Positions 20,337-32,300 of a DNA stretch of 64,000 nucleotides are shown piece by piece. The notes beneath the pieces were generated by a model. It worked only from the letters and a program-made list of their open reading frames with translations. It had not been told where the DNA came from and made no database searches. The stretch lies in assembly GCF_009914755.1 (NCBI RefSeq), contig NC_060930.1; one strand, given 5' to 3'. Within the stretch, counting starts at the first letter, position 1. The number at the start of each line of letters is the position of its first letter. The stretch is from the human T2T-CHM13v2.0 reference genome, Homo sapiens. The position numbers and the translations under genes are program-made.

Positions 20337-23300
20337 CTACAGAATAAATAAAAGGGAGATAATGAGGCTTCAACCCAACTTGCCCCCATCGTTTGTCACT
20401 GTAACCATCCCATGCCTTAATACAGTGATACTGAAAACTCCAGGGCACCAACAACTAATACAAAGGAAGCACCTTCAGCCTCCTCTCCACAGACATCCCA
20501 CTTGGTAGAAGAGGAGGATGCTCCTTCCTGCTCTTAATCCTAGCAATGGCAGCTTAAATCATGCCCTTGCCTAGATCCTCATGGAAGCTCACCCATATAA
20601 TAATCAAGATTAGTTGAACCCAACACTGACCCCTCTAACCCGCACCCCTACCAAAGGGCAAGTAGGGAAACAGACCAACAGAGATGTTACCTTCTGAATA
20701 ATTGGACCCAGGAAGAGGAGTGTAACCTAAGAGAGGAAGATACTTGATTATACCAGTCTTTGTGGATGAAAATATCTAGCAGTATTCATAGCAAATGCAG
20801 TAGGAAGGAGAGAGTTAATCACAAACAGAAAGTAAGCAGAGAGTGGGACCAAGAGTGGGGATGGGAGTTCAGCGAGTCACTCACTAGAGTGGCCAGCTCT
20901 CCGCCAGCTGATCACACCAAGAGAGAAGATGATGAGGCCCAGGCCCAGAGTCACTGCAGACACAGAAACCTTCAGGGTCTGCATGGGGGACAGCCCAGGT
21001 GCTGCAAAAAATAGAAACTTACTTGACCCAGTTTCTGTTGCTCACCCCCAGGGCAATTCCATTTATTGCAGCCACCTCTCAGTGGGTTAAAAGGTCCTTT
21101 ATCCCAGCTCCAAGGGTCTAGCTCACACCACCCACTCCCAAGAAAATGATCTTTCTCAAATCAAACCCTCGTCCCATGGACCTCTACTCCTAGAGTAAGC
21201 CTGGGGAACCCATCTCCCCAGAATTAGCATCCTGGCTTCCAGGTCCTCTCTAATACAGTGGGGCCTCTCAAGGCATCCTCTTTCCTTCCTTTACCCCAAA
21301 GCCACCCTTATCAGGATAAAGGGCTCCTCACTGTCCTCTCCATTGCCCCCACGGTAACAATGTTTGCTTCCTTACTTTCTCCAACTGAGCAGCTTCCTAT
21401 TACACTGTCTTACCACATGTCTTAACCTCCAGTGGATCCATCCTGTGAGTTATCCTACTACTTGTGTACCTTCTACATCTAGATCTCCCATGTGTCCTTT
21501 CAGAGCTTGTCTCCATCCCACTCCACAGCCCCTGCACTTCCTTGGGCCGGTCCTGTTCTGAATCATGTCCCACTCAGATTCTTTTCCCATGATAAAATGA
21601 ACACTCCATTTCTAAAGGGAGGCTCTTGTGCATGCTGTGAGGAGACGTTCCCCAGGAAAGTTCAAGTGAGCATGTGATTTCCACTCTCTTCTCTGTTCTC
21701 CATTCCCTTCCCAACTGCCCAGCAAGAAACAACACTTCCCACAAGGGGAAACCTGGTTACAGCAGCTGATCTGAGATCCTGTTCTCTGGCCCTTTGTAGA
21801 CACCCTTCCTCTTCCTCATTTCTTCCTCTTTCTTTTCCAAGAGTCCCCAAAGCTGTGTGCAACTTCTCACGATACCTTTAACTACTCCCGACACTGAGTT
21901 CAAACAGTGTTTGAACTGTAAGTAATTCTTTATCCACTGGCCCCTGAGCATGCATGCCAAATGGTCTGCCAGCCGTGGCTTTACTACTCCCGTATGCTTG
22001 GTAGAGCAGGCCAAATGCAGTACTGCCCCACACCAAGAAAAGCCCCCCTTCTTCAACCTTCATCATTCCTTCAGCTCCCATCTGCTTCTGGCACCAGAAT
22101 AGTTGAAATCTAAGGAGGCTAGAATAGTGTATTACAATTTGGGGTTCTGAAAATATGATTGCCAAATTTACAGCCTCATTTCAAAGCAAGCACGCTCCCC
22201 TCTCACCCTCAAACATAGACGCAGCAACATCAGCCACACCACCAGAGCAGCAATAGCACAGACTAAATATTAAACTGGTGCAAAAGTAATTGCGGTTTTT
22301 GCCACTGAAAGTAATGGCAAAAACTGCAATTACTTTTGCACCAACCTAAATATTTCCATTTCTTTATCCCATTTCCCCATTCTGGTCCTAAGCCCCCCGT
22401 AAGTTCCTCCAGACTCAGTCCCCATTTTCAGCACTTCGCTGTCTACCATGTACCATGTATCGATCCACATCTCATTTTCTCTGCTTTGACCCTAATTCCA
22501 TCCATCTGCCATACACTTACTCCAGTCCCGAAGGATGGGCTCAGGAGCCCCAGTGTGCTCTACCACACAGGTGTAAGTGTCCCCGTAAGAGGGGGTTAAG
22601 GCTAAATGGGAGAGGGTCTGGTATGTCCAGTCTCCATTGGGCTGGGCAGTCTTGTGCGCACTGCTGTGAGGCATGACAAGCTTCCCGTTCTTCCTCCACG
22701 TGATAGTCACTTCTGCTGGATAGAAGCCCCACACATAGCAGGCCAGCATCACAGGCTCCCTCGTGTTAAAAGGAGTGGTTTTGGCTACTTGCACAGATGG
22801 TGGCCCTGCATAGGAGAAAAAAACATGTTTAGGAAGGAGGGTGACATTCTGGCTGCTTCCTCAACCTGGTTTCTTCCCTATCGCAACTCTTCGTAGATTT
22901 TGCAACCCACTTTCCACCCCAGCCCCCTCTGCCATGCTGCCCCTTGAAGGGGAACCGTTAGAATGTATTCCTGCATTACTCTTTCTTCTCTCCCATTCCT
23001 TCATTGCCCCTTTCTTTCTTTCCTCCTCCAGAATTATGTTTGATTACAATTAGTAAAAGCCAGATCTGAACTGCAAGCTGTTCTAGAAGTTGTTGTATTT
23101 ATTTCAAGTACATAAACTGGAAAGTATTTGAAATAAGGAAGCTAAGAGTAATCCAGAGTTGTACATTGGGTTTTTTTAAGGTGGAAAAGGAATTTTTCTC
23201 CAAATCTTGTTTAATACGTTCTTTTGCTAGTTAAAGCTTTTTCTCCTCACATAGTTCAAGGAAACAAGCCTAACTTAGGACTCACTCTTAAATTTGGAAT

Positions 23301-26157
23301 GAATGTAGTCAAACTAATGAGATTGCTAATACTGCCATCTTTTACTAATTTACTCTCCTAGGTGATCCTCTTGCTTGCCTCTATCTTGACATTTTTCAAA
23401 CACAATCTTAAATAAAAATCCAAGGAATTATGTTAAAATGCAGATTTCCTAGGCTGTATCCCCAGATACTTTCTTTCAACAGATCTGGAGTGGTACTAAG
23501 GGGCTTGCATCTTTAACAAGCACCTCCTCCAGGCAATTCTGAGAAAGGTGGTTCAGAAACCACCCTTGAGACACACTGTTCTGTACTGTGGAGATCTTCA
23601 AGTTTACTTTCACAAACTTCAAGCCATTGTCAATGCAAGAGTTTAAGGGTGAGAAAAAGCATGTGTCAGAATCCCCTGGGATTCCAAATATTCCCATGCC
23701 TGGGCCCACATCAGATCTGGAACATCAAAATCTGGGATAACAAGGCAAGAACATCTTGGGTATGCATCCTGAGATGCCCCAGCCTCTGCATAAGCTCCCC
23801 ACATGGCACCTCGCGGTTCAAGCCTCACCTCCCCTTCTTTACTCCTGTTCCACTCACGTCAGCCACCTTGTTCCCCTTGAGGTTCAATCCTCCGTCTTTC
23901 TACATTTCAGATCCACACATTTTCTCTTATTTGCTGCTCAAATCTCAAACCCCTGGGCCACTGTGGGATCCTCCCTGGCCTGCCCTCCTAACTGCACTTC
24001 CTGGTAGCCCCTCTGCACCCCTCTCTCCTCACGTGTCCTGTTGGTCAGTGATCCCCAGAAGGGCTGGGTGTGTGTGGCACAATTCTGAAGCCCATTGCGC
24101 AAGCGCTGCATCAGGGTGTCTTTTTGGTTGAGGTGCTGTGAGAGGACATTCGCCAAGCTATTCAGCACCCCAAATTCGCAAGGGGCCATCTTATTCTCCT
24201 CTGGATCCCAGCAGGTCAGCAGATCCTTGTTGAAGGAGATGCAGTATGTGAAATCCTTTGGAGTCCCAGCATCATCCAACAGACAGGTGCTTTCCACATG
24301 GGCCACGAAGCCACCTAGAGGAGCCAGGGAAGGGAGAACAGGTCAATGTCTTCTACTGGCCTGGCAATAAATAAATAAATATATAAATAATAAATATACA
24401 CAAATAATAAATATATAAAACATACAGACGTATATTTAGGAGCTCTGCACAGAGCTTTGTCTTTGACCCTGGTTCCTGACATAGAGTGCCTAATCGCTTA
24501 GAATTTCCTAGATAACAGGAGTGTCTTTTGTTCTAATGAGGTACTCTTGGTGGGCTCCTGCAGGAGGGGCTGGTCACCAGAAAGACCAAGTCATGATTAG
24601 AAGTCTGGAACTTTTAGTCCCATCCCCCATACTCCCTGAAGGGGAAGGGGCTGGAGATTGAGTTAATAATCAGTCATGCCTACATGATGAAGCCTCCATA
24701 AAAATCCCGGAACTATGGAGTTCAGAGAACTTCTCAGTTGGTAAACACATCCACATGCCAGGAGGTGAAGTACCCCAATTCTGTGGGGACAGAGCTCCTG
24801 TGATTGGGACCCTTCCAGATCTGGTATCTCTTCATCTGGATGTTCCTTTGTATGCTTTAAAATATCCTTTGTTAAAGGATGCAAAATTATGATCTAGTGT
24901 TCTATACCACTGTGGGATGACTGTCATTAACAATAATACTTTATATCATTTCAAATCGCTAGAAGAAGGATATGGAATGTTTCCAACACAAAGAAATGAT
25001 AAATGAGATGATGATCTGATCTGATCACTGTACATTACATGTACTAAAACATCATTATCCACCCCATGAATATTTATAATTATTATTATCAATTAAAATA
25101 TCCTTTGTAAAAAATCTACAATAATAAGTAAACTTTTCCTGAGTTCCATAAGCCACTTTAGCAAATTACCAACCCCAAGGAGGGGGTCATGGGAACCTCT
25201 GATTTGTAGGCAAGTTGGACAGAAGATGTGGGTAATTTGGGAACCTACTACTTGTGATTGGTGTCTGAAATGGAGGCAGTCTTATGGGACTGAGTCTTTA
25301 ACCTTTGGTGTCTATGTTAACTCTAGTTAATGTCACAATGGAATTGAATTATAGGATATCCAGCTAATATAGGAGAATTGGTTGGTATGAGTAAAAAAAA
25401 AAAAAAAAACCTCACACAGTTGGTCAAAGAAGTGTTGAGTGTGAGCATATAGAAGAAAAAAAGTTGATTTTTCCTATATTCAGCTCAGAACCTAAGCCTT
25501 GGTGACATCCAGCTAGTCTGGCACAGATTTCCTGCTCAGGGAACATCTACTGACCAAGCTCATACACTGAAGTTTCTGAAAGTCTGATTTGAGGGAGTCA
25601 GTAGAAGTAGTAGATAAGTTTTTAGATCCAGTCTCCTCTTTATGCAAGACTAAGCACAGGGATAGGAGTAGCCCCCCGAGATTATTTGCATGTTTAAACA
25701 TGACAATTTGCCCAGAACACAGACCTTCAGTAAGGCAAATTATTGAGAGAGAAAAAGGGTCAAGAGAAAGAGTCAGCCTTGTATTGTGCTGGAAATATTA
25801 AATATTCACTTCGCACATATTTATGAAGCACTTGCTGCATGCAAGGCACTGTGCTAGGAGCTGAGGAGGCAGCAATAAATAAGATGAACATTGTCCTTGC
25901 CTATATTCCAGCAGGGAATATACACTGCACAGATAATTATACAGATTAATTACATTAAAATTGCTACAAAGTACAAAGTGCTATAGGAATGTATACCAGG
26001 GAGACAAACTATCTGGGGTGTCAAATGCAATTACAAAACGGAACACCCTTACCCTGAAACAGGAGCAGGGGAAGGGAGAGTCCCCAGAAGAAGTGTCCTT
26101 ACCTGCTCCTGTGCAGCCCAGGCTGAGCCCCAGCAGCAGCGGCAGGAATGTGATCAT
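20320..26157 (-). CDS. HLA-DMB: HLA-DM beta chain, spliced CDS join(26103-26157,24033-24314,22521-22805,20885-21001,20691-20726,20320-20336), 792 nt = 263 aa
   Basis: Reads MITFLPLLLGLSLGCTGAG / GFVAHVESTCLLDDAG... / RPPSVQVAK...PILRDW / TM exon / SYTPLPGSNYSE / GWHIS*. All introns are GT-AG and the lengths 55+282+285+117+36+17 close the frame. Confidence 0.99.
20691..20726 (-). CDS. HLA-DMB: HLA-DMB exon 5 (YTPL endosomal/lysosomal targeting motif)
   Basis: ttag|GT TAC ACT CCT CTT CCT GGG TCC AAT TAT TCA GAA G|gtaac. Confidence 0.95.
20885..21001 (-). CDS. HLA-DMB: HLA-DMB exon 4 (connecting peptide and transmembrane)
   Basis: PGLSPMQTLKVSVSAVTLGLGLIIFSLGVISWRRAGHS; cag|...|gtgagt. Confidence 0.96.
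22270..22349. mobile_element. MADE1 (Hsmar1-derived MITE), 80-bp palindrome in HLA-DMB intron 3
   Basis: TGGTGCAAAAGTAATTGCGGTTTTTGCCA...TGGCAAAAACTGCAATTACTTTTGCACCAACCTAA, with a TA flank. Confidence 0.95.
22521..22805 (-). CDS. HLA-DMB: HLA-DMB exon 3 (beta-2 Ig C1 domain)
   Basis: LACYVWGFYPAEV...YTCVVEH Ig C1 motifs; gcag|GG...TGGA|gtaag. Confidence 0.98.
23430..23578. mobile_element. MER5-like hAT MITE
   Basis: tgttaaaatgcagatt...gcatctttaacaagc. Confidence 0.6.
24033..24314 (-). CDS. HLA-DMB: HLA-DMB exon 2 (beta-1 domain)
   Basis: ctag|GTGGCTTC...AGGACAC|gtgag; overlaps ORF 23938..24306. Confidence 0.98.
24430..25445 (+). mobile_element. MER21-like LTR in DMB intron 1, split by an L1 3'-end insertion (24873-25094)
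   Basis: MER21-type motifs; L1 TSD AAAATATCCTTTGT at 24859-24872 and 25095-25108. Confidence 0.75.
26103..26157 (-). CDS. HLA-DMB: HLA-DMB exon 1 coding part (signal peptide)
   Basis: ATG ATC ACA TTC CTG...GGA GCA G|gtaag. Confidence 0.97.
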
Positions 26158-26427
26158 GCTCTGCTCTGTAAAGATGCCGGGAGTTCAGTCCCCTGGACCA
26201 GCTCTTCCAGGGTCCGTGGGTCCTCGCCTGTCCCAGAAGCCCCAGCCTGGGTAGATGATCTCCAGACACTGAGCAGAATACTATATTGCCCGGGTCCCTT
26301 GACCCCCCAAATGAGTGATGTGGGGATACCCAGCCCCTAGATATTAAATCTGTTCCTTCCAGCTCACGGGAGTCCAGTGTCCCAAACAGGGACAGATTGG
26401 CTAGGTAGGCAGGGACAAATGTAGAGA

Positions 26428-26469
26428 CAAATCACTGAGTGCCTCAGCCTAGCATCATCAGTTACTAGG
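26428..26469 (-). promoter_or_regulatory. HLA-DMB MHC-II X box / Y box module
   Basis: X box CCTAGTAACTGATG (26456-26469), 20-nt spacer, degenerate Y box GTGATTTG (26428-26435). Confidence 0.85.
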
Positions 26470-27229
26470 TAAACGTCATCCTGCCTTAGTCTTAGACAAC
26501 AGGTCTCCTTGTCTCTCTTAATTCTTTTTCTGCAGAACAACCAGTAGATTTCCGTAGATTACTGGAGAGAATAATCGCAATATTCCCAGGATGTATGCAG
26601 CCTGGGCTGCCCACTGGTTTAACTTTTTCTTCTCAATGCTCTCCCAAAAGACCAGGACCAGATAACCTCTCCTATTCCTTACAGGGAGGTTACCCAAGAA
26701 GATAATTACAAAAACCCTTGTCTGTCCTGAGATGAGAGGACCCAGAGCCCTTCTGGGGCAGGTGGCAGAGGCAGGGCTGCTGAGAAGGAAGAAGGCACAG
26801 ACAGAGTACAGAATTGTCTGGTCTCAAAGCAAGACTGCAGAATAAGGGAAGCAGCGCCACCATGGAGATCAGGAATAGGGGCCTGGAAAATCCCTCCATG
26901 GGCCTCCATTGTTGCTTCTGTTCTAGCCAGTCAAGCTTCATTTCCTCCTCAGTTATAATAGCTGCTTTCCGGAGCTAGTAAACCATATCCTCCTACACTC
27001 TGAGCAATCTCACGGGGTAGACCGCAGGTTAACACCTCTCAGACTCCTTGAAAAATAGCTGGTGACGGGTCAGTGCCCAGAGCTCACCTGCCTTTCGCCA
27101 AACTCTAAACACCCCTGTGTGTTTCCCCTACTATACCCTGTTCCCTGGGGGCAGGTCCCTGCATTATGAAGCCACTAGGAAAATGAGATAAAGCTTTCCT
27201 ACTTTTCTTCCCCTGAAAAGACAGATTTT

Positions 27230-28074
27230 GTTTTTTATTTTTTGAGAATACCAAGTAAGATTTTATTTTTTATTTATTTTAAATTATTTTAACCTTTGTT
27301 TTAGGTTCAAGGGTTTGTTATATAGGTAAATTGTGTGTCATCGGGATTTGGCGTAAAAATTTATTTCATCACCCAGGTAATAAGTATAGTATCTGATAGG
27401 TAGTGTTTTGATCCTCTCCCTCCTCCCATCCTCCACCCTCAAGTAGGGCCCAGTGTCTATTATTCCCTTTTTTGTGTCCATGTGTACTCAATGTTTAGCT
27501 CCCACTTATAAAAGTGAGAACATGCAGTATTTCATTTTCTGCTCCTGTGTTAGTTTGCCTAGGATAACAGCCCCCAGCTCCATCCATGATGCTGCAAAAG
27601 ACGTGATCTCGTCCTTTTTTGTCTGTGGAGTATTCCATGGTGTATATGTACCATATTTTCTTTATACAGTCTACTGTTGGTGGGCATTTAGGCTGATTCC
27701 ATGTCTTTGCTATTATGAATACTGCTGCAGTGAGCATTCATGTGCATGTGTCCTTATGGTAGAACAATGTATACTCCTTTGGGTATATGCCTAATAATGG
27801 GATTCCTGGGACGAATGGTAGCTCTGTTTTAAGGTTCTTGAGAAATTGCCAAACTGCTTTCCTCAATGGCTGAACTAATTTATGTTCCCACCAGCAGTGT
27901 ATAAGCCTTCCGTTTTCTCTGCAACCTCTCCAACATTTGTTATTTTTTGACTTTTTAATAATAGCCATTCTGACTGGTGTGAGACGGTATCTCATTATGA
28001 TTTTGATTTGCATTTTTCTAATCATTAGTAATGTTGAACATTTTTTCATATGCTTCTTGGTCACGTGTGTGTCT
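27230..28074 (-). mobile_element. L1PA-type 3' end
   Basis: ORF remnants [32 protein letters not shown]. Confidence 0.92.
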
Positions 28075-28090
28075 TGAAAAGGCAGATTTT

Positions 28091-28417
28091 ATGTATTTGC
28101 GTATTTATTTTTTTCACAGGTTTTTTTTTTGAAAGTCTCACTCTGTCGCCTAGGCTGGAGTACAGTGGGATAATCTCGGCTCACTGCAATCTTCGCCTCC
28201 TGGGTTCAAATGACTCTCATGCCTCAGCCACTTGAGTAGCTGGGGTTACAGTCATGTGCCACCACTCCTGGTTAGTTTTTGTCTTTTTTTTTTTTTTGGT
28301 AGAGACAGGGTTTCATCATGTTGGCCAGGCTGTTCTTGAACTCCTGACCTCAAGTGATCCACCCACCTCAGCCTCCTAAAGTGCTAGGATTACAGGCATG
28401 AGCCATCGTGCCTGGCC
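28091..28417 (-). mobile_element. Alu (antisense)
   Basis: Alu consensus match with T-rich tail. Confidence 0.92.
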
Positions 28418-28949
28418 TGAAAAAGCAGATTTTAAACAGCAATTCATTCTTCTATCCCATTGTGAACTATACAGTTGATGGATTTTCCATCACTAACTTG
28501 AAACTCTAAATTGGCTTCCTTCTGCTCCCCAGTAGGTTTCAGGGCTGCCTCTTCACATCTTAGTTTCTGAGAACTCTTGGATTTTATTAAATAGTGAGCT
28601 AAACAAAAGAGGATTGTGGAAGGGGCCCCTTGACACCACACTTACCTGCCCTCCCTCAAAGTCCCTGATCTCAGGAAAATCTAACACCTATGAAGAAAAT
28701 GGGGATAAAAAATGCATACAAAGATTATTACCAAAAACGAAAGATTCGTTGTGTAACTAATTGAGATTAACTGAAGCTCTGCCATAGCTCCCAGCCACTG
28801 CCCCCACTCACCTTGCTTATATACTCTAACTCTGCTAACGAACTGTCAAGTGTGTTGGAATGGGCAGAATATGGGGTGGGGAGTGCATAATCTGTAGAGC
28901 TTCTACAGATACAGTGCTAGGTAGGTCCTTTCTATAATATCTCATCTCA

Positions 28950-29328
<379 letters not shown>

Positions 29329-32300
29329 CTAAAGGCTGTAACTCCTCTTCTTATACAGCTGTTACACATGCACGTGTGTACACACACACACACATACACA
29401 CTCTCTTGAGCATGCCCACACACTCACTACATCTTGGAACTGGGATGGCTCAAATAAAGGGAGTTAGTGAGGCCTCCGCTGAGAAAGAGAGAAAGAGAAG
29501 AGTCACAATCCATAACCCAATTCACCCAAGTCTTATCTTTCCTGTCCTCAGAGTTCCTTCTGCTCTGAGAACCACCGTCCCTTCCACTTTCTCTTTTGAC
29601 AAGTTTCAAAACTGAATTTTCCCCCACACCCCCCCAATACATTTCCCCCTCACATTCCTCCCCATCCTGCCCAGGTAAGCTGTTAGCCTAACCTTATAGG
29701 AACCAAGTCCTGGGATCCTTTTCAATGTCTACAAAGCCTAGCCCTGGCAAGGGAGCACTGGCTGTGTGGTCCTGTGCCAGCACTGAACATGGCCCTAGCC
29801 AGTAACAGTGGGGCTGAATGTAGTTCCCTCTTATGTCTAGATCTCTGCTCCGGCAGTCAAAGGAGATGTGAAACCTTCTGTGAGGCCACAACAGGAAATG
29901 GTAGGAGAGGATTTCACTTCTCTATTAATTCAAACACTGAGGGAGCTTTTTAGAATAAAGAAGGACAGAAAACCCAGACACCTGTGCTCAGCAGTGTTTT
30001 CCTTCCTCTCCTCCTCCCAACCCTTCCATTTTTACAGATATAGCTCTGTCTTTCCACCTCTAGCCAATTCAAAATAACATTTCAGTTGCTCTGTCCATTG
30101 TTACTTATTTGCTAATTATTGATATAGCACCGGGACCGAAGAGGTATGGAGCCCCAACCAGGTTCCCACATGTTGCCTTTCTTTTACTGCCTCTACACAA
30201 CCACCCAAAGAGTGAGTCCTCTCCTTTCCCATTGCCTCTGCCCTTAGCCTGACCACCACATGCCTGCAGTAAACTAGTCCCAGGGTTTGTGTGCAAAGCA
30301 TTACTGGGAAAATACAGAGTGAGAAGATATGGATTCTGCCCCCATATCGCTTTGCTTGTACGTCAATTGGGGAGTGAGAACAAACACTTTAAATAGTTTA
30401 TATTAAAGTAAGTAAGCAATAAGGCCAGTGGTCTTAAAAGAGAAGAGAGAAATCACCATGGACATGGTAGACAGGGAGTACTCTCAGTCGAGAGGGCCTG
30501 GAATGAGCCTTGAATACTGGGCTGGATTTGTGTTGGAGAGGAGGAAGGCAGTTGGCATTGTAGGTCTGGTGTATAGCTCCACAAGCTTGACAATGCTGTG
30601 AGGTGCCATCAGGGAGGAGGTGTCCTACGAGAGCCTGGGTTAGCTAAAACAAAGACAAGCTACAATAACGTCACTGGCACTGCACGTTGGAGGAAGTCAC
30701 AAATGTGATTTCTTGTTTTTTTCTGAGAGTATGGCCATAATAATAAATCTCTTCTAGGCACTTCCTAAAGTTGCTCCATGTCAGTTCGCAGGTTCTTGGG
30801 GCAGACGGTTTTAACTGAAGTCTCCATTTTATAAACACAAAATTGCTCAACCAGTTAATCACGCCTCATAGCATAAGACCACATTCGTGACTTCAGTGTC
30901 TTTTCAAAACTACACACACCTACATCCTGCCAAGATTATATTACTTGCCCAATCTGTCCAATCCCCACCCCACCCCTGCCATCTACCCCTTACCTCACCT
31001 CCGCCCACACACACACCCTCCTACCCTGTCAGGATTCACTGCTCTAGACCCTGACCTTTGGATTATAGTTTCTGTAGTCAGTTCACCATCCTTCCAACCT
31101 ACAGTCAAATTATTTGAACTACTAGGGATAGTCTATCTGATTTGCCACAACTATTTTTCCTTTTTTAATTTTATTTTTTGCCACCACAACTATTGAAGAA
31201 TGCTATCTTCATCTTACCCACGAGAAAATGGAGGCAGAGGGAGGTTAAGTGGTTGCCCAGATTTACCCAGATACTAAGTAATAAAACCATTACTTGAACT
31301 CAGGATTTATTACTTTAAATCCTGTATTGCCAATAATCAATTGGAAAATAACTGAAAATTGCCTACTATTTATAATAACAATAAAAACCATAGCATATTT
31401 ATGAATTAACATATCAAATATAAGAATTTTAAGAAAAAAGAAAACTTTATTGAAGTGCACAAAGACCTGAGAGGTGTAGAGATATACCATATTCATGGAT
31501 AGGCCATGCTAACATAATGACAACCTCTCCCCACATCTCTAACCTAAATGCTACCCCAATTAAAGTAACAGTAGGATTTCAGGAGAATTTAACAAACTGA
31601 TTATAGAATGTACATGGAAATAAAGTCCAAGAGTATCTTAGAATATTTTGATAAAGAAAAGGAAAATAAATTTTTTGGGAAGGTGGTGAAGGAATGGAGA
31701 CTAGTTCTACTAAATAGTAACACATATTAAAAAGCCAAAATAATCAAACAATATGATACTGATTAGTAATGAGAGAAAAGCAAATTAAAACAACAAAATA
31801 CCACTCTACATCCACCATGTTGCCAACATTTGAAAGTCAAATAATTACAAGCATTAGTGAGCATAAAGGGAAATGTGAACTATCTTGCTCTGTTGATGGG
31901 AGTGTAAACTGTTTATGATCCCTGAATTATAGAAATTATAAACTAGTTGGGCGAAAAAATTAACATAGGAAATAAAGCGGCATATCCCAATCCTTAGGTT
32001 GAGTGCTTTAAGTCTTGGAAGATTTCAATAAAGAGAAATTAGGGGCAGGTTCATGGAATAAGTTGAACTGGAGTTGGACCTATGGAGTGGGTTAAGACAG
32101 GAACAAGATGAGCAGAATAAAGAAAGCATTCTTGTGAGAGGAAAGAGCCTGGGCAAATGCCCTAAACCAAAACCAGATATAATACCTCAAGGAAGAGTGA
32201 GGAAAAAAGATTTATTCAAGAATAGCATTCCTGCTGGGAATAGTGAGTAATATTTTTTATTAGAAAAGGGGCACCAGACTAGAGAGGATACTGAGTGCTT

